Below the pieces are notes generated by a model, which did not search any database, was not told where the DNA came from, and saw only the letters and a program-made list of their open reading frames with translations. Positions 9,606 through 20,984 of a stretch of DNA of 64,000 nt are shown here, in pieces (position 1 is the stretch's first letter; every line of letters begins with the position of its first letter). The stretch is from NCBI GenBank assembly GCA_947038175.1, contig CAMQVJ010000002.1, forward strand, positions 11,246 to 75,245, in the 5' to 3' direction. The position numbers were made by a program, and so were the translations under genes. Source of the DNA: an uncultured Desulfovibrio sp. GTDB taxonomy: Bacteria > Desulfobacterota > Desulfovibrionia > Desulfovibrionales > Desulfovibrionaceae.

Positions 9606-10407
9606 CATTACTGATTCAGGTCACAATGAAGAAGAAAACACAAACGCTACTGAGACCTTAGACTCACCGAGTGAAACACCCAAAAAAGAGAAGCCTCATT
9701 TTCATGGTCACAGAACTCGTCTACGAGAGCGTGTGTTAAGTAATATTCATGGTGTGGAATCTTATGAGCTTTTGGAGCTATTGTTGGGCTATGTTCATGG
9801 GCGTTCCGACACGAAGCCAATAGCAAAAGGGCTTCTTAAAAATTTTGGTTCTTTATGGGGAGTATTAAACGCACACCCAACAGAACTGGATAGTGTTGAT
9901 AATATTGGCCCGTCTTCTAAAGTTTTTTTCACATTACTCAGAGAACTTGTAGCAAGGTACTTTGTTGAGCCCATTAAAGCAAAAAAGATAGTCTCTCTCG
10001 ACGATATTGCTATGCTTGCAAGATGTATGATGGATGGTTTACCGCATGAAGAAGTTTGGATTGCTTTATTAGATAATAACAATAGGTTATTAAGTTTTGA
10101 GTGCGTTAATACTGGTTTTGCAGAAAATGTTGACTGCACTCCTCGAATGGTTGCAGAAATTGCGCTGGCAAAAAAAGCAAAGGGAATTGTCCTTGTACAT
10201 AATCACCCTGGCGGAGTGACAAAAGCATCATGGGCAGATACCGAAATTACAAGACATATTCAATCAGTGCTTTTGCATATGGGTATTCGACTGCTTGATC
10301 ATTTTATTCTTGCCGATGGAAAAATTATAAGCCTCGTTAATAATCATTTGCTCACGCAAGATGACAGCTCTGATTCCTTTTTTAAAGACAAGAATAACTT
10401 GCTTTAG
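9598..10407 (+). CDS. radC: RadC-family JAB/MPN domain protein
   Basis: HNHPGG motif in the C-terminal JAB domain, HhH-like N-terminal part. The ATG at 9598 overlaps the holA stop (ATGACTAA). Confidence 0.8.
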   Translation: MTNITDSGHNEEENTNATETLDSPSETPKKEKPHFHGHRTRLRERVLSNIHGVESYELLELLLGYVHGRSDTKPIAKGLLKNFGSLWGVLNAHPTELDSVDNIGPSSKVFFTLLRELVARYFVEPIKAKKIVSLDDIAMLARCMMDGLPHEEVWIALLDNNNRLLSFECVNTGFAENVDCTPRMVAEIALAKKAKGIVLVHNHPGGVTKASWADTEITRHIQSVLLHMGIRLLDHFILADGKIISLVNNHLLTQDDSSDSFFKDKNNLL

Positions 10408-10508
10408 TAAAAAATATTGCCAAACAATCAATAAAAGAGTAATATTTTTTTAGTTATGCTTAATAATTTTCGCCTTTTCTCACCCCTAACTCCTACGGAG
10501 AAAATAGT

Positions 10509-13168
<2,660 letters not shown>

Positions 13169-13170
13169 TG

Positions 13171-13355
13171 TTTTTTTGAGGGAAATGATTTCCCCCAACC
13201 CCCCTCATTAGCGTTTTTTTTACAAACTTTGTTTGCAAAAAAAACGCAATTTATGGGGCTTGTAGCCACCCAACGGGCGACCTATGAGATACAAACAAAT
13301 ACTGAAATAAAGTGTAGAGGCCGAGTCTCCCAAATTGGAACGACATGCCTCTACA
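13171..13355 (+). repeat. Mosaic intergenic repeat, copy D (divergent: H1 variant GGGAAATGATTTCCC, M2 core CAAACTTTGTTTGCAAAAAA, GGGGCTTGTAGCCACCCAACGGGCGACC, T module enclosed by an AGAGGC/GCCTCT stem)
   Basis: Shares ordered sequence blocks with copies B, E, F and G by hand alignment. More diverged than the other copies. Confidence 0.65.
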
Positions 13356-13362
13356 TTTTGTT
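13313..13362. terminator. Putative bidirectional intrinsic terminator between convergent lon and the response regulator gene
   Basis: 9-bp stem TGTAGAGGC/GCCTCTACA with a 25-nt loop, followed by TTTTGTTTG on the + strand and a T-rich run on the - strand. Confidence 0.45.
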
Positions 13363-13393
13363 TGTCTATCTATGATTTTAAATAATAGAAGTC

Positions 13394-14728
13394 TTAATTC
13401 TCATATTGTTTAAGCTTTGTATGCAAGGTTTTTCTTGAAATACCAAGTTGTTTTGCAGCTTCGCTTTTATTATCTTTGAGTGCTTTGAGTGTTTTTAGAA
13501 TGAAAATTTTCTCCATATCTTCAAGTGTTTGCACTTGTGGCATGTAGTCTTCTTCTACGTGTTCTGTATATTTATTTGTTATATTTTGAGGTAATTCACT
13601 CACGTCAATATAATCATTTCTTAGTAAAATTGTCGCACGCTCAATAACATTTTCAAGCTCTCGCACATTACCTGGCCAATTGTACTTAACGAGGTAATCC
13701 ATCGCTTGAGGGCTAAAGCCCTTTACAATTTTACTATTTTTAGTCGCAAATTTTTCAAGGAAATATTGAGCTAAAAGAGGTATATCTCCGCTTCTTTCTT
13801 CTAAACTTGGTACGGGTACAGTGACCACATTTAAGCGATAATATAAATCTTCTCTAAAATTTCCATTTTCCATTTCCTGCTCAAGATTTCTGTTTGTTGC
13901 TGTAACAATACGCACATCAACATGTAATGTTTCATCACTGCCCACTCTTTGTATTTCTTTTTGTTGTAGAACTCGCAGTAATTTGACTTGCATATGAGGG
14001 GATATTTCCCCTATTTCATCTAGAAAAAGAGTACCGCCATCGGCTTGTAAAAAGCGTCCGTCTCGCCGTTTATCTGCGCCTGTAAACGCTCCTTTTTCAT
14101 GTCCAAAAAGCTCCGATTCTAATAAGCTTTCTGAGAGAGCAGCACAATTCACAGCAACTAAATGTTTTAGTTTTCTTTGACTTTGATCGTGTATGGATTT
14201 TGCAACGAGTTCTTTACCTGTCCCAGATTTTCCTCGTATAAGAATAGTCGCTTCACTTGGGGCAACCATACTAATTAGATCCTTCAAATTGAGAATAACA
14301 GAGCTATTACCAATAATATCGGAGGAATGGCTGCTGCGCAGTTCTTGCATTTCCTTTTTTAGTTGGCAATGTTCAAGACTTCTCGTAAGGGTTATCTTTA
14401 ATCTATCAAAATCCAGCGGTTTCGTCAGATAATCATACGCACCAATCTTCACAGCCTCAACAGCATTTTCAATATCAGAATATGCCGTCATCATAATAAT
14501 TGGTATAGCGGGATTATATTCATGAATTTTGCTGAGCGCGAGCATGCCATCCATTTCAGGCATACGAATATCCATAAGTATGGTGTCAAAGGGCGTTTCT
14601 TGCACCATTTCAACGGCTTCTAAGCCATTTTTTGCTGAGCTTATTTGAAATTTCCATTTTTTGAGAAGAACCTCAAGCATCATACGATGCCCATTATCAT
14701 CATCAACGATAAGTATATGATTATTCAT
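13394..14728 (-). CDS. Sigma-54-dependent response regulator (NtrC/ZraR family)
   Basis: Receiver domain (DDD..D..K), AAA+ Walker A GKSGTGKE, GAFTGA sigma-54 contact motif, C-terminal Fis-type HTH. Confidence 0.92.
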   Translation of the reverse strand: MNNHILIVDDDNGHRMMLEVLLKKWKFQISSAKNGLEAVEMVQETPFDTILMDIRMPEMDGMLALSKIHEYNPAIPIIMMTAYSDIENAVEAVKIGAYDYLTKPLDFDRLKITLTRSLEHCQLKKEMQELRSSHSSDIIGNSSVILNLKDLISMVAPSEATILIRGKSGTGKELVAKSIHDQSQRKLKHLVAVNCAALSESLLESELFGHEKGAFTGADKRRDGRFLQADGGTLFLDEIGEISPHMQVKLLRVLQQKEIQRVGSDETLHVDVRIVTATNRNLEQEMENGNFREDLYYRLNVVTVPVPSLEERSGDIPLLAQYFLEKFATKNSKIVKGFSPQAMDYLVKYNWPGNVRELENVIERATILLRNDYIDVSELPQNITNKYTEHVEEDYMPQVQTLEDMEKIFILKTLKALKDNKSEAAKQLGISRKTLHTKLKQYEN

Positions 14729-14739
14729 TTTTTATTCCT

Positions 14740-16656
14740 TTATTGTGGCATACGTAGGGTTATTTTTGTTCCAACATTTTCTTTGCTTTCAATACTCACC
14801 GTTCCGTTATGGGCTTGAATTATTTTTTGCACCATAACAAGCCCTAGCCCTGTTCCGTCGGCCTTATCTGTATAATAAGGAGTGAAGAGGTTCTTAATAT
14901 TTTTTTCTGCAATACCTTTTCCATTATCGGATATGGTAATTTCTAAAACATTATCGTGGTATCGTTCATTTTTGTCTATGTTTGTGTTATTTATGTTTGA
15001 GCTGTCTTCGTCTTGTATTATGTTTTCTTCTTGTATATAGGTGCTTTCGACATGAATCACGCCCCCTTTTGGCATGCCTTGAATGGCGTTTAGGAAAAGA
15101 TTTTGTAATACTTGTATCATTCTATCTTCATCTAAAAAAACATCCTCACACTGCTCACAAAAGTTTTCAATAAAAGATATATTATTCTCACTTTGATGTA
15201 AAACTGTGTTTTTTCCTTTTTCGATAAGCTGCTTTAAATTTACTTTTTGTATGGAAATAGTGTTAGGTTTTGATAATTCTAAAAGATCACTCACCACTTT
15301 ATCTACTCGCATAACTTCTTGTGTCATAATAGTCGCTAATTTGGCATCTTCGCTGTCTTTTTCTGCGCTTTCTTCAAATAAACGAGCAAGGCCTTTAATA
15401 GAGCCCAAAGGGTTTCTAATTTCATGAGCAATTCCAGCGGCTAATTTACCAATGGACGCAAGTCTTTCTTGTCTATGTAATTCTTCCTGAAGATTTTGAA
15501 TTTCACGCAAATCTCTTAATATAATACCAAGCCCATTATTTTCATCATTTGCAATAATAGGGAATGTGTTCACTTCCACACAAATCGGATTTTCATTAAT
15601 AGGATGTAAGGTAATAGTCATATTTTTGAGATTAGTATCAACCGTTTTATTTGACAATTGAGGAATCAACTCCGTTATATTTTTACCAACACTCTCAACT
15701 TCTTTATGTTTTGTTATTAACTCTGAATTTTGGTTCATGGTCAGAATAGTGTTTTTTTGATCGAGGGTGATAATTCCAAGGGGTAAGGCGTCCATTAAAG
15801 ATAAAATATACGCCCTTCCTTCTTGTGTCATGGTATAGGATTTTTGGTATGCTCTCAAAATAAAGAAAGAAAAGATAGCAAGGAAAGATAAGAAAAGAAA
15901 ACTTATCTGCTGAATGGTGTTTTTTTCATCATCTGCAATTTGAGCGTCTTCAATATCTTTGGTGTTAAAACCTGCAATCATGGAAAACTCTTTTTTTTGC
16001 TTCAATAATTTTCTAATATTCCATAAAGTATCATCTGAAGTGAGCATACGAGAATTGGAATCAGGTCTATTATGCCCGTAAACGGCATGGCTGTTTCTTT
16101 CATTATGCATTTTAGAGGAATATCTATGCCGACGCATCATATTATTCTGATTGTTTTTACGGGTAATGGAAGTTGTTGCGACAAATAATTGTTTATTAAC
16201 AAGGTATACTTTTTTCTTTTCCATTTTTTTATTAATAGGAAAAATCAAGTCTTTCATTTTTCCATTTACCAAAGAAGAAGGAACTCTTTCTTTATCTACT
16301 TCTAGAAGTTTTTTCCCAATCAGGTTGCTATCACTAGCAACTACGGCTATGCCATCTTTGTCTACAATGGCAAGAAAATGAATATCGTCTCTATTGGCTT
16401 GCTCAATAAGTATATTTTCTACCTCTTCATTTGTCCAAATTATAGAGCTATATAATGTTGCTTCAAAAGAGTGTATAAGCGATGCGCCTTTTTCTTTTGT
16501 CAAATAGGTTACAGTATTTGTTTCCTTTTCTAAGGAATCAGACTCGGACAGGATAAAAACACCCAAGGAAAAAACACAAACTAAAAGTATCCAAGGGGCA
16601 AACCTAAGAGCAGTTGGCATTTTTCTGAGTGTATTTTGTTTGAAAAGTTTATTCAT
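14740..16656 (-). CDS. Sensor histidine kinase (two TM segments, periplasmic domain, PAS, HisKA, HATPase)
   Basis: H-box HEIRNPL, DNGKGI and GTGLGL ATP-lid motifs. Lies immediately upstream of the response regulator on the same strand. Confidence 0.9.
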   Translation of the reverse strand: MNKLFKQNTLRKMPTALRFAPWILLVCVFSLGVFILSESDSLEKETNTVTYLTKEKGASLIHSFEATLYSSIIWTNEEVENILIEQANRDDIHFLAIVDKDGIAVVASDSNLIGKKLLEVDKERVPSSLVNGKMKDLIFPINKKMEKKKVYLVNKQLFVATTSITRKNNQNNMMRRHRYSSKMHNERNSHAVYGHNRPDSNSRMLTSDDTLWNIRKLLKQKKEFSMIAGFNTKDIEDAQIADDEKNTIQQISFLFLSFLAIFSFFILRAYQKSYTMTQEGRAYILSLMDALPLGIITLDQKNTILTMNQNSELITKHKEVESVGKNITELIPQLSNKTVDTNLKNMTITLHPINENPICVEVNTFPIIANDENNGLGIILRDLREIQNLQEELHRQERLASIGKLAAGIAHEIRNPLGSIKGLARLFEESAEKDSEDAKLATIMTQEVMRVDKVVSDLLELSKPNTISIQKVNLKQLIEKGKNTVLHQSENNISFIENFCEQCEDVFLDEDRMIQVLQNLFLNAIQGMPKGGVIHVESTYIQEENIIQDEDSSNINNTNIDKNERYHDNVLEITISDNGKGIAEKNIKNLFTPYYTDKADGTGLGLVMVQKIIQAHNGTVSIESKENVGTKITLRMPQ

Positions 16657-17158
16657 ATATATGTTCTCGAATTTATAGTAATGGAAAGGGAATTATAATA
16701 ACAATAATTTATGCAAAAAATATGCCGACACGAAAATTAGCTTATTCTATGTGTAAAGATACAAACGTATATTTACATTTTTTTTATTCGTTTTTCCCTA
16801 TAAATGTCCGTTTCTAGGGTTTTTGGGCTCCATATCCTTTATATATACTTTCTCTTTATTTTTTTGAGCTTCATATAAAATGCGTAAAAAATATTATTTC
16901 TTTGATATATTCTAATCTAAGCTCAAGAGTGTGTCAAAGTTACCCAAATACCAAAAGAACAGTGTAACTTTTTTACCCATATTCTATATTTTTATATCAC
17001 AATACTTCTATTTGATTTTAGTACATTTATATTAAAAGATTAACTTTTATATTATTTCCTTATTATTTTCTCTTTTTCCGTGATTTTTTATCCATTATAT
17101 GCCGATTTTAACATAAAAAGACAAATATTTTTTAACACTGTATATGGGAATATTTTTT

Positions 17159-17174
17159 TGGCATGATACTTGCT
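17159..17174 (+). promoter_or_regulatory. Sigma-54 (-24/-12) promoter TGGCAT-N5-TTGCT
   Basis: Read as TGGCATGATACTTGCT with GG and GC at the canonical spacing, 34 nt upstream of the ATG at 17208. An adjacent divergent sigma-54 activator gene is present. Confidence 0.8.
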
Positions 17175-17207
17175 ATGAGTATTAATACTACTTTATAGGA
17201 GATTACC

Positions 17208-17753
17208 ATGAAAATTAGAAATATTATCGCTTCTTTAACTGTTATCGGTGTTTTAATTGCAGGATCAGCATTCGCTATGCCAAATGGTGCCACCCAATCA
17301 GCACAAAGCATGGAAAGTCTAAGTCTTGAACAACGTGACCAGTGGAACACACTCCATGAAGAACATATAAAAAAGGTGAGACCACTGCGTAGCAGCCTAA
17401 AAGCAAAACGCATGGAATATAAAGCTCTTATGGGGAACACGGAAGTAAGTCCTGATTATATCAGTGACCTTACAAGCGAAATAGTTGACCTTGAAAACCG
17501 AATTGAAGACAGAAATGAAGAATTTCTAAAAATATCAGAAGATAAATTTAATATAGATTTTTCATCTATGACACATAACGGTATGCGATCACACCCTAAC
17601 ACAAGGGGACATGGCAACATGAGTAATAAGCACCACGGCATGCAAAGCTCTGGTTGCATGATGCAAGAAAAGCAAATGTGTGGAAGAATGTCTGCACCTC
17701 AAAATAATGCTGAAGACAACAAAAATGATAACGCACCACAACACAACATGTAA
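17208..17753 (+). CDS. Periplasmic CpxP/Spy/ZraP-family protein with a His/Met/Cys-rich C-terminal tail
   Basis: Signal peptide ending AFA, an LSLEQ (LTXXQ-like) motif, helical heptad-like core, tail HPNTRGHGNMSNKHHGMQSSGCMMQEKQMCGRM. Arranged divergently from an HK/NtrC pair as in zraP-zraSR. Confidence 0.55.
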   Translation: MKIRNIIASLTVIGVLIAGSAFAMPNGATQSAQSMESLSLEQRDQWNTLHEEHIKKVRPLRSSLKAKRMEYKALMGNTEVSPDYISDLTSEIVDLENRIEDRNEEFLKISEDKFNIDFSSMTHNGMRSHPNTRGHGNMSNKHHGMQSSGCMMQEKQMCGRMSAPQNNAEDNKNDNAPQHNM

Positions 17754-17840
17754 GCAAAATAAAACGATAAGTTTCTTTAGCTCAATTTGTTTTTAACATA
17801 GTTTTATCTCAAACACATTTAGAATAACGCATTTAAAAGA

Positions 17841-17884
17841 ATAGAGTCACTATTTACAAAACGTAAATAAGTGACTCTATTTTT
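17841..17884. terminator. Bidirectional intrinsic terminator between convergent zraP-like and ppk2 genes
   Basis: 17-18 bp stem ATAGAGTCACTATTTAC / GTAAATAAGTGACTCTAT, loop AAAAC, followed by TTTT and preceded by an A-rich run. Confidence 0.75.
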
Positions 17885-17916
17885 ATAAGTGTGGCTAAGG
17901 CTGAAGTTTTCTAAGA

Positions 17917-19578
17917 TTACTTCTTGTCTGTCTTTTCAGCCGTTTCTGCTTTTTCTGCCTTGTCTTTTTTGTCTGTCTTTTCAGCTTTATCTTTTTTATC
18001 TTTCTTGTCTTTTTTGGCTACTTTTGCCGCTTTATTTTTATTCGCTTTATTCATTTCCTTCAAAGAAATAAGCTCTGGGACAGCATCATGGTCAGACTTT
18101 TCTTTTCCTAACGCCTTTTGAAGCGCATCTCGATACACTTTTAAAACTTCTATGCGAGCGTAAATTTTTGACTCCGCAGGTATAATCACCCAAGGGGCAT
18201 TTATTGTGTTGGTTCTCATAAACATTTCATCGGCAGCCACCTTATAAAGGGGTGTCTTTTCACGATTACGCCAATCATCTTCCGTTATTTTATAATTTTT
18301 CCAAGGAGTTTCTTCTCTATTTTTGAATCGTGTTAATTGCTCTTCAGAAGAAATATGCAACCAGAACTTGATAAGAATATTTTTATTATCAACGAGTTGT
18401 TCTTCAAAATCATTGATTTCAGAGTACGCTCGTTTCCAATCTTCAGGTTTAGCATAATTTTCTACTCTTTCAACAAGCACACGGCCATACCATGATCTAT
18501 CATAAATCGTGACATAACCCGATTTAGGAACATGTCGCCAAAAACGCCATAAATAATGATGAGCTAATTCCTCATCTGTTGGTGAACTAATAGGAATAAT
18601 TCGAGTTATTCTAGCATCAATACCCGAGGCTAGGCGTCTAATTGTTCCGCCTTTACCTCCAGCGTCCCAACCTTCAAAAATAAGAGTAGTAGATATTCCC
18701 TTAGTATAGGCTTCAAAGGTGAGTTTAAACACTTCATTTTGCAAGGCAACAAGTTGTTTTTTATATTCATTCTTTGAAATATCTTGAGAGAGGTCAACTC
18801 TATCTAGTATAGAAACACACCCGTCAGTATTTTCTGTGGCTGGTTTCATTGCAGGGGAAGCAGAAGTGAGTTTTTTATTGATTGCATGCTCGATATTATC
18901 AATCAAAGTGCGTGCAACGGCGATGTCTCTAAATTTTTTATCATACGCATCGATAATACACCAAGGCGCAAACTCCCTGTCAGACATAGGAATTGCTTTT
19001 GATACCGTGTCAATAAATTCCGTATAATTTGCGTCACTTTTTTCATCATAAGGTGTAAAGTGATAAGACATCTTATTTTTTTTGCGCTGTTCACGACGAA
19101 GTGCGTGCTCTTCCTCACTAATATGTAGCCAAAGCTTTATGATGACGCAACCTGAATCAGCAAGCGTTCTTTCAAGTTCCACTCTTTTATTCAGTGTTGT
19201 ATAGAGTTCTTCTTCTGTCATTTCGCCAGTAGAGGCCTTACGAAGAGGTTCACTATACCAACCCCCACTAAAAACACCCACCTCACCATGTTTTGGCAAG
19301 CTCATCCAATAACGCCAAGACTCTGGTCGGCTTTTGTCTTCTTCTGAGGGGTTCCAAAATGTATGATTTCGCATTTTTTTAGCGTCAAGCCAAGAGGAAA
19401 GCATGTTAACAACTTCACCTCTCCCCGCACCATCAACGCCTGTAATCGTAACGAGTACAGAAATTTTATGTTCCTCACAAGCTCTTTGTAAATCGAAAAG
19501 CTTCATATGTAATTCACTTTCGATTTTTTTGTATTCTTTTGAAGTATAGCTCTGTCCTAAAGTCATTGATCCAAACAT
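17917..19578 (-). CDS. ppk2: Two-domain polyphosphate kinase 2 family protein (polyphosphate:AMP/NDP phosphotransferase type) with a Lys-rich C-terminal tail
   Basis: Two PPK2 P-loop motifs (GVDGAGRGE and GWDAGGKGG), two tandem PPK2 halves. The ATG at 19578 is preceded by GAGGAG (track ORF starts at an upstream TTG). Confidence 0.85.
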   Translation of the reverse strand: MFGSMTLGQSYTSKEYKKIESELHMKLFDLQRACEEHKISVLVTITGVDGAGRGEVVNMLSSWLDAKKMRNHTFWNPSEEDKSRPESWRYWMSLPKHGEVGVFSGGWYSEPLRKASTGEMTEEELYTTLNKRVELERTLADSGCVIIKLWLHISEEEHALRREQRKKNKMSYHFTPYDEKSDANYTEFIDTVSKAIPMSDREFAPWCIIDAYDKKFRDIAVARTLIDNIEHAINKKLTSASPAMKPATENTDGCVSILDRVDLSQDISKNEYKKQLVALQNEVFKLTFEAYTKGISTTLIFEGWDAGGKGGTIRRLASGIDARITRIIPISSPTDEELAHHYLWRFWRHVPKSGYVTIYDRSWYGRVLVERVENYAKPEDWKRAYSEINDFEEQLVDNKNILIKFWLHISSEEQLTRFKNREETPWKNYKITEDDWRNREKTPLYKVAADEMFMRTNTINAPWVIIPAESKIYARIEVLKVYRDALQKALGKEKSDHDAVPELISLKEMNKANKNKAAKVAKKDKKDKKDKAEKTDKKDKAEKAETAEKTDKK

Positions 19579-19709
19579 AAAACGCTCCTCGGTTATACAG
19601 ATTTCTTTCGTAACCAATACTAAACGCCATGAATCTAAGAAAAGGAAGGGAGTAAAAAGGACATGTAAATATTTATTCTGTCATATTTTTGGTGAGATTT
19701 TCCAGTGTG

Positions 19710-20132
19710 TTATTTCAATTCACCTGCATCTATTAGTAACTCAAAATCCTTGCTTTTACCTATACCCGTTTGGATGCATGCATTTTCGCCACAGAAATTA
19801 ACAATAGACCATGCAGATTTACCCGCAGATAGAAAATCAAAGTAATAAACACCACTTGCACGAAGTTTTAGGTTATAACCACCATAGGCTCTCATAATTG
19901 CTTCCGCAAATTGCTTAATTTCGACATAGTGTACGGGCATAATTTTATAGGAAAAACTTGCGGTATCTGTATTATTTTTAATGGTAAAATCTTTTTCATT
20001 TTTCTTCACCACTTCCCAGCCGTACGGTAATTCTAAAACTAAAAAGTTAAAATCCTCTTTGAATGCGTATGCTTTTTGAGAAGGAAAGAAAAACAAAGAG
20101 GAAAGGAGAATAATTAATAAAGCTCGTTTCAT
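19710..20132 (-). CDS. Secreted hypothetical protein
   Basis: An internal ATG at 20132 preceded by AGGAG gives MKRALLIILLSSLFFFPSQKAYA as the signal peptide. No family recognised. Confidence 0.5.
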   Translation of the reverse strand: MKRALLIILLSSLFFFPSQKAYAFKEDFNFLVLELPYGWEVVKKNEKDFTIKNNTDTASFSYKIMPVHYVEIKQFAEAIMRAYGGYNLKLRASGVYYFDFLSAGKSAWSIVNFCGENACIQTGIGKSKDFELLIDAGELK

Positions 20133-20232
20133 GGTAACTCCTGTGGAATATTGATTGAATATAACTGAATTTTTGAGAGTAATCAAGATAAAATACATAT
20201 TTTCCCTTTAATGGCATCTTCAATCCTAATAT

Positions 20233-20458
20233 GAGAGGATTTGCCTCTCACACTCTCCACCAAAGGACATGATGTTCTTTGGAAACCTCATATTTATGTA
20301 TTTTTATAAATTTTATTTGCAAAAAACACATAATATAGGAGGGGCTGCCAGAGGCTATCAAAGGTCGTTTGCGTTCAGGAAAAATGAATAAATACGCAAA
20401 TAGAGAACCAAGGTGGAGAGTTCAACTCCACCTAAAAAAAGCAACTCAGAATGACATG
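20233..20458 (+). repeat. Mosaic intergenic repeat, copy E (P, M2, M3, H1 variant GGTGGAGAGTTCAACTCCACC, T)
   Basis: Same module order as copy B with many substitutions and indels. Ends with CAGAATGAC. Confidence 0.85.
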
Positions 20459-20673
20459 ATTTAATGCAGAGTCAAGCCCGTTTTAAAGAATATTATAAAA
20501 AAGAAGCGTCACCAGTTCAGAAAGAAGACAACTTTTTTATTATTTAAATGAAAATTTGCGTTAATCTTGTTGTCAGTTGGCGTACTTTCAGATAAAAGAT
20601 TGAGAAATGCTTACATAATATGGTAATAGATGAGAAATATAATTACACTTTCTATATAGATTAGGAGTTAAAT

Positions 20674-20907
20674 ATGCCTCTTTTTGAATTTCAATGCAAA
20701 AACTGTGAAAATATTTTTGAAGACCTTGTGCTTTCAAACGAAATCCCCAAATGCCCTCAATGCCAATCTGAAAAAACGGAAAAACTTATTTCTCGTCCTT
20801 GCCGCAATAAAGGCGCTGGTGGAAGCGACAATGATGTATCCACAAGCAGTTCTTCTTCTGCGTGTGGTTCTTGTCGTGGTGGTTCTTGTTCCACTTGTGG
20901 TAGTTGA
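20674..20907 (+). CDS. FmdB-family zinc-ribbon protein
   Basis: N-terminal FEFQCKNCENIFE..CPQC (CxxC-N-CxxC) and a Ser/Gly/Cys-rich tail, 77 aa, AGGAG RBS. Confidence 0.8.
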   Translation: MPLFEFQCKNCENIFEDLVLSNEIPKCPQCQSEKTEKLISRPCRNKGAGGSDNDVSTSSSSSACGSCRGGSCSTCGS

Positions 20908-20984
20908 TATAAATAGATAGTAATATCGATATAATAGCTCTCTTTTATAATCCGTATAGCTAACGGTATAGGAAAGGTTTAAAT

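Noticed and set aside
9598-10407. RadC/JAB gene as a marker of a mobile element or anti-restriction island
   Set aside because: It overlaps the holA stop and sits between holA and lon in a core-gene run. There are no integrase, conjugation or phage genes around it.
20207-20468. Possible target-site duplication TTTAATG(G)CA flanking repeat copy E
   Set aside because: The match is only 9-10 nt with an indel. The left copy is 16 nt away from the element boundary, and such a motif is easily found by chance in AT-rich DNA.
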